Part shown: in pieces, positions 63,547 to 64,000 of the stretch
Layout: every line of letters begins with the position of its first letter
Position numbering within the stretch: position 1 is the first letter of the stretch
Assembly: GCA_034520665.1 (NCBI GenBank)
Contig: JAXHNJ010000002.1
Coordinates: 416,660-480,659, forward strand
Direction: 5' to 3'
From: Patescibacteria group bacterium
Lineage (GTDB): Bacteria; Patescibacteriota; Patescibacteriia; JAXHNJ01
DNA length: 64,000 bases
The notes under the pieces: generated by a model
Databases searched by the model: none
The model's input: only the letters and a program-made list of their open reading frames with translations
What the model was told of the DNA's origin: nothing
Position numbers and translations under genes: made by a program

Positions 63547-63761
63547 ATGAAATATCCAAGCCAATAAAAATTTTGTGTATTATAAGTTTTGTCGTGCTTG
63601 CCCTTACTTCTATTCCTTTATTAATTGTGTATCTGAAAGGAGGCACTTCAAAATATTCTTTTATCGTGGATTTGCATGTCTGGGTAGGAGTGGTTTTTAT
63701 TGTTTGCGCTTTAATCAGAATAATACTGAATATGAAAATTCGTTTAAAAAATAAAATATGA
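63547..63761 (+). pseudogene. Small 2-TM protein, possibly frameshifted just after its ATG
   Basis: ATG at 63547 is one base out of frame with ...ISKPIKILCIISF...LHVWVG...; the track uses TTG 63573. Confidence 0.4.
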
Positions 63762-63803
63762 AAAAATTTCATTATTTAAATTGAATAATGCGTGCATTTT
63801 TTA

Positions 63804-64000
63804 TTATTTTACCGTATCAACATATTTATATAAATCCTTAGTCAGAGCCCACCAGAGAGAGGTTTTAGTTACCGAGGGTTCCAAGCCAGGAGTATCAGCA
63901 GGAATGGTTAAGACGCCATTATCAACTTTAGTATAAATATATTTTCCCGAAGAGAATAAAGCCACATAATAGGGAAGATCTGGTTTGAGATTAGACAAAA
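63804..64000 (-). CDS. C-terminal part of a hypothetical protein (runs off the window end)
   Basis: Frame open to the window edge, with plausible composition. Confidence 0.5.
   Translation of the reverse strand, partial: LSNLKPDLPYYVALFSSGKYIYTKVDNGVLTIPADTPGLEPSVTKTSLWWALTKDLYKYVDTVK

Noticed and set aside
1921-63772. Numerous 60-130-aa ORFs overlapping or antisense to assigned genes
   Set aside because: Expected shadow frames in AT-rich DNA, fully overlapping well-supported genes

Overview
AT-rich bacterial chromosome segment that looks like Patescibacteria/CPR (inferred from gene content, mostly SD-less housekeeping genes and lysine-rich proteins; not verified). It spans the replication origin (dciA-dnaN-dnaA / rpmH-rnpA-yidD-yidC), an alpha-glucan/glycogen cluster (GH15, 2x GlgA, 2x GH57, a double kinase, GalT-like), translation and tRNA genes (tyrS, valS, tsaD, tsaE, queA, tRNA-Glu), ruvB/ruvC, a cell-envelope block (S8 protease, SpoIID, flippase, GT2, two O-antigen-ligase-like genes, amidase) and a PadR-ABC module. 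The most unusual signals are small in scale. (1) tRNA-Glu is preceded by two tandem 5'-half copies of itself, each with C-NNN-G mini-hairpins inserted at the same D-arm position; related hairpins occur elsewhere, including in-frame in valS. (2) A GC-richer solitary purL is bracketed by a 47-bp duplication of the queA 3' end, with no integrase. (3) A promoter- and terminator-bounded ~125-nt four-way-junction RNA candidate follows it. (4) A four-helix-bundle gene has degenerate 7-8-nt tandem repeats upstream; a related tract occurs without the gene, and different 7-8-nt tracts lie in-frame in tsaD and queA. (5) An ASCH-like domain is inserted in ValRS. All calls come from reading the sequence by eye; no searches were run.
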